NCBI GenBank assembly: GCA_002269645.1
Contig: NIVC01002131.1
Span: forward strand, 62,001-126,000
Source: Macrostomum lignano
Lineage: Eukaryota
DNA: 64,000 nt
Reading direction: 5' to 3'
Position 1 is the stretch's first letter; every line of letters starts with the position of its first letter. Below, in pieces: positions 1 to 18,348 of this stretch. The translations under genes were made by a program, and so were the position numbers. Below the pieces are notes generated by a model that saw nothing but the letters and a program-made list of their open reading frames with translations, ran no database searches and was not told the origin of the DNA.

Positions 1-398
1 CCCCTAATTCCACAGCCACCCCTAATTCCACAGACACTCCCAATTCCACAGCCACCCCAAATTCCACAGCCACCCTCAATTCCACAGCTACCCCCAAATC
101 CACAGACACCCCTAATTCCACAGACACCCCCAATTCCACAGACACCCCAATTCCACAGACACCCCTAATTCCACAGACACTCCCAATTCCACAGACACTC
201 CCAATTCCACAGACACCCCCAATTCCACAGCCACCCTCAATTCCACAGCTACCCCCAAATCCACAGACACCCCCAATTCCACAGACACCCCTAATTCCGC
301 AGACACCCCCAATTCCACAGCCACCCCTAATTCCACAGACACCCCCAATTCCGCAGACACCCCCAATTCCGCAGACACCCCAATTCCACAGCCACCTC
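1..398. repeat. 18-bp minisatellite (CCACAGACACCCCCAATT)n, runs off the window start
   Basis: Direct tandem units; explains the VELGVS repeat ORF 112..378. Confidence 0.95.
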
Positions 399-586
399 TC
401 TCGCTGGCCCTTCAACACTTCAATTCTACAGCCGCCTCCCTCCCTGGACCTCCGACCCTCTCGAGCTACAACTCAAGTTTGCAGCTGCTTGAATGAACAA
501 CGGTAGTTGGCTCAGTAGAAAACCGTTCTCAATCTTCACGTATCACGTAGGAAACCCTCGACGTAGTCTCACCAGTGCGAGTTTTA

Positions 587-2837
<2,251 letters not shown>

Positions 2838-3052
2838 TGAGAACTGTTTTTGTACGAGAGCATAAAGACGCCACAGTTACGATTCGCGCAAAGATTTCGC
2901 TTTTGTATTACGTTAAAGGGGTTTTACCATAGATAAACGGAAGGAGGTAAACTCTTTTAAAAATAGTACACAATTTCCAAATGCCTCTAAATCTCCTGAC
3001 GACATTAAGTGTGATTAAAACTAAGCCTGTGTTTTTGACAGAAAATTAGCTA

Positions 3053-3328
3053 CCATAGACAGTAGCAGTAGAATGACTCGGCTTTCTTGGAAATCAACTG
3101 GAGGCCATGCCGTTGAGGAACGAATGTTTGCTGTTCAATTTAGTATGTTCTCGAGAAATCTGATTCTCTCGACTGAATTTGTCTATGGCAAAACCCCATA
3201 CAGCGCTTATGCGTTCTCCAGAGCATACGAAATGAACTGGTGATACGAACAACATACGTTCCTTACCGGTCTCCAGCTCATTTCTAAGAAAGCCGAGTTT
3301 ACCGTCATTCTACTGCAGCTGTTCATGG
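3053..3328. mobile_element. MITE with ~90-bp imperfect TIRs and probable TA TSD
   Basis: The left end CCATAGACAGTAGCAGTAGAATGAC..TCGGCTTTCTTGGAAAT..CTGGAG..GGAACG matches the reverse complement of the right end (..CTCCAG..ATTTCTAAGAAAGCCGAG..GTCATTCTACTGCAGCTGTTCATGG). TA on both sides. Confidence 0.75.
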
Positions 3329-4019
3329 TAGCTCCTCGCAGTTGAACATTTTTAGCACTTTTACTTGCAGAGAAATATACACGACTTAAAACTATTTTTA
3401 TGACTTTCAGAATCTAAATAAACTTTCAAGTGGCGAAGGTACGAATTTATTAGAGCCGTATCTATTTGTTATGTCTTCTTTCATGAATTAAAGAGTTCCT
3501 CAATTTTTGGACTTCAAAACAAATGGCATTCATGCAGGAATAATAAATAGACATTACTTATATTATTATGACATATTATAGCTATTAATGCAGCTTGCAT
3601 ATCCACTGAATTCCTGTTCCACGGTCAATGACTCTCAACAACATTACAAAAGCTTGATTAGCCTCAAACTCTTGATTGTGCCGTTGCTGAGTCAGTTTGT
3701 TCCGGTACTTTGCTGGCTTTGATTCATTGCGTTGTTGGTAGCAACGGTAAACAAAACTAAAGCCTTAATCCATCAGTTTTGCGGATAATCTAATTATCTG
3801 CTCATTCATTTGTCCTAACAGTGAGGTGGCGCTCTTTATGGCCTGCATTGTGTGCTCAGGGCTTGCATGGTAAAAATGGCTTTATTGTATAAAACGCTTG
3901 TCATGCAATGCATTTTTGACTGAGGGACTGCCAGGCTGCAACCACAATTAACTTCAGTGTTTTGTCAGTTTAGCAAGTACCTGCATACCTGGAAACAGAG
4001 GTAGGTGTTGGTTACTTGT

Positions 4020-4656
4020 CTTGTCCTTGTCAGCATCTCAATAGTCTCCTCATCAGCATCTCAACAGTCTTGTCCTCATCAGCATCTCAACAGTCTTGTC
4101 CTCATCAGCATCTCAACAGTCTTGTCCTCATCAGCATCTCAACAGTCTTGTCCTCATCAGCATCTCAACAGTCTTGTCCTCATCAGCATCTCAACAGTCT
4201 TGTCCTCATCAGCATCTCAACAGTCTTGTCCTCATCAGCATCTCAACAGTCTTGTCCTCATCAGCATCTCAACAGTCTTGTCCTCATCAGCATCTCAACA
4301 GTCTTGTCCTCATCAGCATCTCAACAGTCTTGTCCTCATCAGCATCTCAACAGTCTTGTCCTCATCAGCATCTCAACAGTCTTGTCCTCATCAGCATCTC
4401 AACAGTCTTGTCCTCATCAGCATCTCAACAGTCTTGTCCTCATCAGCATCTCAACAGTCTTGTCCTCATCAGCATCTCAACAGTCTTGTCCTCATCAGCA
4501 TCTCAACAGTCTTGTCCTCATCAGCATCTCAACAGTCTTGTCCTCATCAGCATCTCAACAGTCTTGTCCTCATCAGCATCTCAACAGTCTTGTCCTCATC
4601 AGCATCTCAACAGTCTTGTCCTCATCAGCATCTCAACAGTCTTGTCCTCATCAGCA
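4020..4656. repeat. 26-bp minisatellite (TCTTGTCCTCATCAGCATCTCAACAG)n immediately upstream of the PKD2 start, probably in a 5'UTR intron
   Basis: ~24 identical units; candidate donor GAG|GTAGGT near 4001 and acceptor CAG at 4661-4663. Confidence 0.93.
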
Positions 4657-4663
4657 CCAACAG

Positions 4664-7600
4664 ATGAGCGGCAACGCCTTGAAGTCTGACAGTCAGCAGG
4701 CCATTCGGGATCTGGAGGAGCGCGAGAATGCCTCCATTCCGGATGCAGAAGTGTCACCAGCAGCAGCTGATGCAGAGGCTGATGCTGAATCGCCAACCGG
4801 AAATGGCAAAGGCGTCGGCTGCTACGGCGGCGGCGGCTGGTGGCGCTGCCTGGTGCCAGCAAAGGCAAACGAATCAGACGAAGCGGCAAGTCCTGACGAT
4901 GAAAATCATGTCAAAGCCACTCTGCGAGAGCTCGTGATCTACTGCTGCTTTCTGGTTCTGATGACTGTGGGTGAGTCTGGGACTGAGACTTGAGAATATA
5001 CAATGTAGGACAATGCCAGAGACACCGCTTTGAATTTCAGTGGCCTTCGGTACCAAGAACATCAGCATGTACAACTTCACCCAGTCGATCAGTGGCTTGT
5101 TTCTGAAGGTTCCAATTAGCAATGGCACTAAACTGTTTGCCGAGATCAACTCAATTCAGGAGTGGTGGAGTGTGAGTAGCTATTTTATACCTGTCCACAG
5201 TCATTGAGAACCACATAGGTCTCAACCCCCTAAAAACTCTCCAGTTTGTCAACCGGCCACTCCTAGACGGCCTGTTTAGCAGCAGCGGCAACCTCTCGGC
5301 GGCGAACGCCACTGCGCGCTCGACAATCTACTACGAGACTGTCCTGCTGGGCGTGGCGCAGATTCGTCAGGTGCGCGTCGGCAATCGCACCTGCAAGGTG
5401 GCCAAGCCGTTCCGCGGCGTCATCGGCTGGTGCCACGGGCCGTACTCGGCTGACAACGCGCACAGGGGAGCTTTCCAGGGCAGAGGCGGCGGAAGCGGCA
5501 TGGCGTGGGTCTATCAGAATGAGGCACACTTGGACGGTGAGGGGCTTTCATGCTGTCTCTCAGTGCCTGTCTTAGTGTCTGTCTTAGTGTCTGTCTTAGT
5601 GTCTGTCTTAGTGTCTGTCTCAGTGCCTGTCTTAGTGTCTGTCTTAGTGCCTGTCTTAGTGTCTGTCTTAGTGTCTGCCTTAGTGTCTGTCTTAGTGTCT
5701 GTCTTAGTGTCTGCCTTAGTGTCTGTCTTAGTGTCTGTCTTAGTGTCTGTCTTAGTGTCTGTCTTAGTGTCTGTCTTAGTGTCTGCCTTAGTGTCTGTCT
5801 TAGTGTCTGTCTTAGTGTCTGTCTTAGTGTCTGCCTTAGTGTCTGTCTTAGTGTCTGTCTTAGTGTCTGTCTTAGTGTCTGTCTTAGTGTCTGTCTTAGT
5901 GTCTGCCTTAGTGTCTGTCTTAGTGTCTGTCTTAGTGTCTGTCTTAGTGTCTGTCTTAGTGTCTGTCTTAGTGTCTGTCTTAGTGTCTGTCTTAGTGTCT
6001 GTCTTAGTGTCTCTCTTAGTGTCTGCCTTAGTGTCTGTCTTAGTGTCTGTCTTAGTGCCTGTCTTAGTAGCTGCCTTAGTGTCTGTCTTAGTAGCTGCCT
6101 TAGTGTCTGTCTCAGTGTCTGTCTTAGTGTCTCTCAGTGCCTGTCTTAGTGCCTGTCTTAGTGTCTGTCTTAGTGTCTGTCTTAGTGTCTGTCTTAGTGT
6201 CTGCCTTAGTGTCTGTCTTAGTGTCTGTCTTAGTGTCTGCCTTAGTGTCTGTCTTAGTGCCTGTCTTAGTGTCTGTCTTAGTGTCTGTCTTAGTGTCTGC
6301 CTTAGTGTCTGTCTTAGTGTCTGTCTTAGTGTCTGTCTTAGTGTCTGTCTTAGTGTCTGTCTTAGTGCCTGTCTTAGTGTCTGTCTTAGTGTCTGTCTTA
6401 GTGTCTGTCTTAGTGTCTGTCTTAGTGTCTGTCTTAGTGTCTGCCTTAGTGTCTGTCTTAGTGTCTGTCTTAGTGTCTGTCTTAGTGTCTCTCTTAGTGT
6501 CTGCCTTAGTGTCTGTCTTAGTGTCTGTCTTAGTGCCTGTCTTAGTAGCTGCCTTAGTGTCTGTCTTAGTAGCTGCCTTAGTGTCTGTCTCAGTGTCTGT
6601 CTTAGTGTCTCTCAGTGCCTGTCTTAGTGCCTGTCTTAGTGTCTGTCTTAGTGTCTGCCTTAGTGTCTGTCTTAGTGTCTGTCTTAGTGTCTGTCTTAGT
6701 GTCTGCCTTAGTGTCTGTCTTAGTGTCTGTCTTAGTGTCTGTCTTAGTGTCTGTCTTAGTGTCTGTCTTAGTGTCTGCCTTAGTGTCTGTCTTAGTGCCT
6801 GTCTTAGTGTCTGTCTTAGTGTCTGTCTTAGTGCCTGTCTTAGTGTCTGTCTTAGTGTCTGCCTTAGTGTCTGTCTTAGTGTCTGTCTCAGTGTCTGCCT
6901 TAGTGTCTGTCTTAGTGTCTGTCTTAGTGCCTGTCTTAGTAGCTGCCTTAGTGTCTGTCTTAGTAGCTGCCTTAGTGTCTGTCTTAGTGTCTGTCTTAGT
7001 GTCTGTCTTAGTGTCTGTCTTAGTGTCTGTCTTAGTGTCTGTCTCAGTGTCTGTCTCAGTGTCTGTATTAGTGTCTGTCTTAGTGTCTGTCTTAGTGTCT
7101 GCCTTAGTGTCTGTCTTAGTGTCTGCCTTAGTGTCTGTCTTAGTGTCTGCCTTAGTGTCTGTCTTAGTGTCTGTCTTAGTGTCTGCCTTAGTGTCTGTCT
7201 TAGTGTCTGTCTTAGTGCCTGTCTTAGTGTCTGTCTTAGTGTCTGCCTTAGTGTCTGTCTTAGTGCCTGTCTTAGTGTCTGCCTTAGTGTCTGCCTTAGT
7301 GCCTGTCTTAGTGTCTGCCTTAGTGCCTGTCTTAGTGTCTGTCTTAGTGCCTGTCTTAGTGTCTGTCTTAGTGTCTGTTTTAGTGTCTGCCTTAGTGCCT
7401 GTCTTAGTGCCTGTCTTAGTGTCTGTCTTAGTGCCTGTCTTAGTGTCTGTCTTAGTGTCTGTCTTAGTGCCTGTCTTAGTGTCTGTCTTAGTGTCTGCCT
7501 TAGTGTCTGTCTTAGTGTCTGTCTCAGTGTCTGCCTTAGTGTCTGTCTTAGTGTCTGTCTTAGTGCCTGTCTTAGTGTCTGTCTTAGTGTCTGTCTTAGT

Positions 7601-10600
7601 GTCTGCCTTAGTGTCTGTCTTAGTGTCTGTCTCAGTGCCTGTCTTAGTGTCTGTCTTAGTGTCTGTCTTAGTGTCTGTCTTAGTGTCTGTCTTAGTGTCT
7701 GCCTTAGTGTCTGCCTTAGTGTCTGTCTTAGTGTCTGTCTTAGTGTCTGTCTTAGTGTCTGTCTTAGTGTCTGCCTTAGTGTCTGCCTTAGTGTCTGTCT
7801 TAGTGTCTGTCTTAGTGTCTGTCTTAGTGTCTGTCTTAGTGTCTGCCTTAGTGTCTGTCTTAGTGCCTGTCTTAGTGTCTGTCTTAGTGCCTGTCTTAGT
7901 GTCTGTCTTAGTGTCTGTCTTAGTGTCTGTCTTAGTGTCTGTCTTAGTGTCTGCCTTAGTGTCTGTCTTAGTGTCTGTCTCAGTGTCTGCCTTAGTGTCT
8001 GTCTTAGTGTCTGTCTTAGTGCCTGTCTTAGTGTCTGTCTTAGTGTCTGTCTTAGTGTCTGTCTTAGTGTCTGTCTTAGTGTCTGTCTTAGTGTCTGCCT
8101 TAGTGTCTGTCTTAGTGCCTGTCTTAGTGTCTGTCTTAGTGTCTGTCTTAGTGTCTGCCTTAGTGTCTGTCTTAGTGTCTGTCTCAGTGTCTGCCTTAGT
8201 GTCTGTCTTAGTGTCTGTCTTAGTGCCTGTCTTAGTGTCTGTCTTAGTGTCTGCCTTAGTGTCTGCCTTAGTGTCTGTCTTAGTGTCTGTCTTAGTGTCT
8301 GTCTTAGTGTCTGCCTTAGTGTCTGTCTTAGTGTCTGTCTTAGTGTCTGTCTTAGTGTCTGCCTTAGTGTCTGTCTTAGTGTCTGTCTTAGTGTCTGTCT
8401 TAGTGTCTGCCTTAGTGTCTGTCTTAGTGTCTTTCTTAGTGTCTGTCTTAGTGTCTGTCTTAGTGTCTGCCTTAGTGTCTGTCTTAGTGTCTGTCTTAGT
8501 GTCTGTCTTAGTGTCTGCCTTAGTGTCTGTCTTAGTGTCTGTCTTAGTGTCTGTCTTAGTGTCTGTCTTAGTGTCTGTCTTAGTGTCTGCCTTAGTGTCT
8601 GTCTTAGTGCCTGTCTTAGTGTCTGTCTTAGTGTCTGTCTTAGTGCCTGTCTTAGTGTCTGTCTTAGTGCCTGTCTTAGTGTCTGTCTTAGTGTCTGTCT
8701 TAGTGCCTGTCTTAGTGTCTGTCTTAGTGTCTGTCTTAGTGCCTGTCTTAGTAGCTGCCTTAGTGTCTGTCTTAGTAGCTGCCTTAGTGTCTGTCTTAGT
8801 GTCTGTCTTAGTGTCTGTCTTAGTGTCTGTCTTAGTGTCTGTCTTAGTGTCTGTCTCAGTGTCTGTCTCAGTGTCTGTATTAGTGTCTGTCTTAGTGTCT
8901 GTCTTAGTGTCTGCCTTAGTGTCTGTCTTAGTGTCTGCCTTAGTGTCTGTCTTAGTGTCTGTCTTAGTGTCTGTCTTAGTGTCTGTCTTAGTGTCTGCCT
9001 TAGTGTCTGTCTTAGTGTCTGTCTTAGTGTCTGTCTTAGTGCCTGTCTTAGTGTCTGCCTTAGTGTCTGTCTTAGTGTCTGTCTTAGTGTCTGCCTTAGT
9101 GTCTGTCTTAGTGTCTGTCTTAGTGTCTGTCTTAGTGTCTGCCTTAGTGTCTGTCTTAGTGTCTTTCTTAGTGTCTGTCTTAGTGTCTGTCTTAGTGCCT
9201 GCCTTAGTGTCTGTCTTAGTGTCTTTCTTAGTGTCTGTTTTAGTGTCTGTCTTAGTGTCTGCCTTAGTGTCTGTCTTAGTGTCTGTCTTAGTGTCTGCCT
9301 TAGTGTCTGTCTTAGTGTCTGTCTTAGTGCCTGTCTTAGTAGCTGCCTTAGTGTCTGTCTTAGTAGCTGCCTTAGTGTCTGTCTCAGTGTCTGTCTTAGT
9401 GTCTCTCAGTGCCTGTCTTAGTGCCTGTCTTAGTGTCTGTCTTAGTGTCTGTCTTAGTGTCTGTCTTAGTGTCTGCCTTCGTGTCTGTCTTAGTGTCTGT
9501 CTTAGTGTCTGTCTTAGTGTCTGTCTCAGTGTCTGTCTTAGTGTCTGTCTTAGTGTCTGTCTTAGTGTCTGTCTTAGTGTCTGTCTTAGTGTCTGTCTTA
9601 GTGTCTGCCTTAGTGTCTGTCTTAGTAGCTGCCTTAGTGTCTGTCTTAGTAGCTGCCTTAGTGTCTGTCTCAGTGTCTGTCTTAGTGTCTCTCAGTGCCT
9701 GTCTTAGTGTCTGTCTTAGTGTCTGCCTTAGTGTCTGCCTTAGTGCCTGTCTTAGTGTCTGTCTTAGTGTCTGTCTTAGTGTCTGTCTTAGTGTCTGTCT
9801 TAGTGTCTGTCTTAGTGTCTGCCTTAGTGTCTGTCTTAGTGCCTGTCTTAGTGTCTGTCTTAGTGTCTGCCTTAGTGTCTGTCTTAGTGTCTGTCTCAGT
9901 GTCTGCCTTAGTGTCTGTCTTAGTGTCTGTCTTAGTGCCTGTCTTAGTGTCTGTCTTAGTGTCTGCCTTAGTGTCTGCCTTAGTGTCTGTCTTAGTGTCT
10001 GTCTTAGTGTCTGTCTTAGTGTCTGCCTTAGTGTCTGTCTTAGTGTCTGTCTTAGTGTCTGTCTTAGTGTCTGCCTTAGTGTCTGTCTTAGTGTCTGTCT
10101 TAGTGTCTGTCTTAGTGTCTGCCATAGTGTCTGTCTTAGTGTCTTTCTTAGTGTCTGTCTTAGTGTCTGTCTTAGTGCCTGCCTTAGTGTCTGTCTTAGT
10201 GTCTGTCTTAGTGTCTGTTTTAGTGTCTGTCTTAGTGTCTGCCTTAGTGTCTGTCTTAGTGTCTGTCTTAGTGTCTGCCTTAGTGTCTGTCTTAGTGTCT
10301 GTCTTAGTGTCTGCCTTAGTGTCTGTCTTAGTGCCCGCCTTAGTGTCTGTCTTAGTGTCTGTCTTAGTGTCTGTCTTAGTGTCTGCCTTAGTGTCTGTCT
10401 TAGTGTCTGTCTTAGTGTCTGCCTTAGTGTCTGTCTTAGTGTCTGTCTTAGTGTCTGCCTTAGTGTCTGTCTTAGTGCCTGCCTTAGTGTCTGTCTTAGT
10501 GTCTGTCTTAGTGCCTGCCTTAGTGTCTGTCTTAGTGTCTGTCTTAGTGCCTGCCTTAGTGTCTGTCTTAGTGTCTGTCTTAGTGTCTGTTTTAGTGTCT

Positions 10601-13600
10601 GTCTTAGTGTCTGCCTTAGTGTCTGTCTTAGTGTCTGTCTTAGTGTCTGTTTTAGTGTCTGTCTTAGTGTCTGCCTTAGTGTCTGTCTTAGTGTCTGTCT
10701 TAGTGTCTGCCTTAGTGTCTGTCTTAGTGTCTGTCTTAGTGTCTGCCTTAGTGTCTGTCTTAGTGCCTGCCTTAGTGTCTGTCTTAGTGTCTTTCTTAGT
10801 GTCTGTCTTAGTGTCTGCCTTAGTGTCTGTCTTAGTGTCTGTCTTAGTGTCTGCCTTAGTGTCTGTCTTTGTGTCTGTCTTAGTGTCTGCCTTAGTGTCT
10901 GTCTTAGTGCCTGCCTTAGTGTCTGTCTTAGTGTCTGTCTTAGTGTCTGTCTTAGTGTCTGCCTTAGTGTCTGTCTTAGTGTCTGTCTTAGTGTCTGTCT
11001 TAGTGTCTGTCTTAGTGTCTGTCTTAGTGTCTCTCTTAGTGTCTGCCTTAGTGTCTGTCTTAGTGTCTGTCTTAGTGTCTGTCTTAGTGTCTGCCTTAGT
11101 GTCTGTCTTAGTGTCTGCCTTCGTGTCTGTCTTAGTGTCTGCCTTAGTGTCTGCCTTAGTGTCTGTCTTAGTGTCTGCCTTAGTGTCTTTCTTAGTGTCT
11201 GTTTTAGTGTCTGCCTTAGTGTCTGTCTTAGTGTCTGTTTTAGTGTCTGTCTTAGTGTCTGTCTTTGTGTCTGTCTGTCTGTCTGTCGGTCTCCCAACAT
11301 CGGTATGTTTGTTTGTCAGAAAAGCAAACTATCCTACTACAAGTAGGCAGCTAAGAAAAGATGCTAAAATGAAATCATCAGCAGGGAAAAAAACTCCGCA
11401 ATCCGCACCCGCCGCAGGCAGCGGGAGCTACTCGGGCGCGGTGGCCACCTACGAGGGCGGCGGCTACAGAGCCTTGCTGCAGCCGACCTGGGCGGCCTCG
11501 GAGCAGACTCTGCGAAATCTGTTTGACTCGCTGTGGCTCGACCGCAGCACCAGGGCTGTCTTCATTGACTTCACAATGTACAACCCCAATGTGAATCTGT
11601 TCTGCGTGGCTCGCCTGGTAGCTGAGCTTCCGGCAACCGGTGTGTCCTGGGATGAACCAGAATTTTTGGCAATTCCGTTTAGATAGAAAAACGCTACTAT
11701 AGTGAGGAGAGAATCGAAAATGACTAGAATCTTTGAATACGCACTCGGAGCACGCCTCTGATCAAGCAGTGTACACGCTCTGCTGCGCTTTGGTGAATGG
11801 CTCCCATGAGCATGATATTAGCCTTTGGCGAACCAAATATTCTGTCACGCGGTAGAGAATCGAACCCGGGACTTAGGTGGGAGAGTCGGACGAGTTTTAA
11901 TTTAAATTTTGTTTATGCTTGGATCGCGTTTAGGTCAGGTTTAGTTAATTTTAGTTTATCCCTGGGTTACTTTCATGCATTCTTCCTAAAGGGGACAGGG
12001 CAGCTCAGCGGTAAACGCACCTGACTCTCGCTCCACGACCCCTGGTTCAATTCTGTGTTTCGTCAGAGTGCCGATTTTCATCCTTCCTACTACATGCATA
12101 CTCGCAGATGCGATGTAGGATCAACGATTAGACGTCTAAAATCATCCCAACAGTTGCCTCACACCCACCCGCAGGCGGCGTGGTCCCCTCCTGGGAGTTC
12201 CGCTCTCTCAAGCTGCTGCGCTACGTTGAACCATTCGATTACTTTGTTGCCGCCTGCGAGTGCGGCCTGCTGCTGATGTGCATCTACTACACTGTGCTGG
12301 AGGTGCTGGAGATACGACGACAACGCATGGCCTACCTGAAGGTGCTCTCCAATTACCTGGACGTTGCACTGTTGATAGTGTGCTACGTGTGTGCCGGGTT
12401 CAACATCTACCGCATCGCCGCCGTGTCCAACAAGCTGCACCAGCTGCTCGTTGACTCGCTGGACTGCCCGAACTTCTATTCGCTGTCCTACTGGCAGACC
12501 TGCTTCAACCACGCCGTGGCTATTGCCGTTTTCCTGGCCTGGATCAAGGTGTTCAAGTACGTCCGGTTCAGCCGGACACTCACCATGCTCAGCGCTACGC
12601 TAGGCTCATGCGCCAAGGATCTGGTAGCCTTCTGCATCATATTCTTCATCATTTTCTTCGCCTTCGCTCTGCTGGGCACTTTGGTGTTCGGCACCCAGGT
12701 GGACGACTTTCAAAACTTTCAACAGGCGGTATTCACGCTGTTCCGCATCATCCTTGGCGACGTGAATTTCTACAAGATCCAGCAGGCTAACAGGCTGATT
12801 GGACCCGTGTACTTTTTGCTGTACGTGTTCTTTGTATTCTTCATACTGCTCAACATGTTTCTGGCCATTATCAATGAGAAATTTGGCGAAGTCAAGGCTG
12901 ACAACGAATTTGGCGGCGGACACGCTAGAATCGACGTCGCCAGATTTCTGCGCAGGGTGAGTACAGAAGTCATGTTGCCTTGAGACGCGGTGGTGGAAGC
13001 TCAGTGCTAGTATTCAAAATACTCACCGCAGAGAGCCGACAGACTGATGGATAAGCTGGCCGTGAGGCGCCAGAAAGTGCTGGATATTCAGCGAGCTGTG
13101 CTGCAGTGCGGCGACGAAGCGACCGTGAACTTTGAAGGCTGGCGTAATCAACTGAGGCAGTGAGTTGCGATCGTGCAAGCTTTTGAATGCGCGTAGCTAT
13201 CGGAGACTAGCTGTCCTGTCTCCCTATAATACTAATAGTAATGATTGCAAGGGGGCTGTGGGCACCCTGGCGCAACGGTTCGGCGATGTTGTTTTACAAC
13301 CATGATTATCAGTTCACTTTTGTTAGTTACAGCAAGGATCCTCAGAGTATCCGATTTTCTTCTAAAAGAAGCGCCAAATGCTCCAAAACGCACACGCACG
13401 CAGACGCGGCTTTGCCGATGCCGAGATCGAGGCCCTGTTCGCCAAATACGACGCCGACGGAGACCAAGTGTTAAGCGCGGCCGAGCGAATGCAAATGCGA
13501 CGCGACTTGGAGGGTGAAAAGGTGAGCTCTTTCTATCGCAGGGATTCTATCTGTCTGGCAGCGATATGAGGGCCAAGAGAGTCTCAATTTTGAAATCCCG

Positions 13601-14035
13601 CAGATGAAACTGGACCGCGAAATCACCGGAGCGGCGCCGGCACCCGACCAGGTTGAAACGTCGTTCGAAGTCGGCTCGGACGCCGCCTGCTCCGTTTTAG
13701 ACGAGGACGCCGGAGCTCCGGGATTGCGGTCCGGCTTTCGTGGCGAACCGGCTTCGCGCGACGAGCTGGCGTTCCTAACGCGGCGCGTCGACCGTCTGGA
13801 AGGCCGGGTCGGCGGCGCGCTCAACAGCATCGATCGAGTGCTGATGACGCTCGAGAGGCTGGAACGGCTCCGACTCGAGCACCGCACGTCGCTATACCGA
13901 ATGCTGAAGCTTGTGAGGGCTCCTTTGTCTGGGTCGCCTGAGGTATCTAGACTCAATCTGATGGAGCAGCTTCAGCAGGAACTTCGTCAATGGGATTCGC
14001 CAGCGGCCGGTGTTGGGAAACCTGAGCAGCAGTGA
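4664..14035 (+). CDS. PKD2: Polycystin-2 (TRPP) channel, 8 coding exons (4664-4970, 5041-5171, 5245-5536, 11418-11639, 12175-12956, 13032-13159, 13404-13521, 13604-14035), ~803 aa
   Basis: Polycystin domain ([17 protein letters not shown]; [24 protein letters not shown]), S1-S6, pore [24 protein letters not shown]-hand [12 protein letters not shown], coiled coil [13 protein letters not shown]. All junctions are GT-AG and phases sum in frame. PKD2 vs PKD2L-type not resolved. Confidence 0.95.
5562..11285. repeat. 5.7-kb 12-bp minisatellite (GTGTCTGTCTTA)n with variant units, in PKD2 intron 3
   Basis: Continuous array; source of the 600-1100 aa VSVL/CLSV ORFs. Confidence 0.98.
11720..11895 (-). 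mobile_element. Decayed tRNA-related SINE-like fragment (B box only)
   Basis: Minus strand reads GACTCTCCCACCTAAGTCCCGGGTTCGATTCTC (B box at 11857-11866); no recognisable A box. Confidence 0.4.
11991..12150 (+). mobile_element. tRNA-derived SINE-like element in PKD2 intron 4
   Basis: A box CAGCTCAGCGG (12001-12011) and B box GGTTCAATTC (12044-12053) at tRNA spacing, without a full cloverleaf. Confidence 0.55.
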
Positions 14036-14139
14036 CTGCCTGGCTGGCTCGAATTTGATTGGGATCCGCTGCCACCAGCCACGATGTAGCCTTATCAATA
14101 CAAGCTGCATATGACACTTGATAACTTAAAATGAACTAT

Positions 14140-18348
<4,209 letters not shown>

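Noticed and set aside
4020-4656. Repeated CTGATGAG on the minus strand as hammerhead ribozyme cores
   Set aside because: No stem II or GAAA follows the motif.
5353-11686. Huge ORFs (424-1094 aa, VSVL/CLSV/RQTL repeats)
   Set aside because: Stop-free translation of a 12-bp array inside PKD2 intron 3; the flanking exons splice in frame around it.
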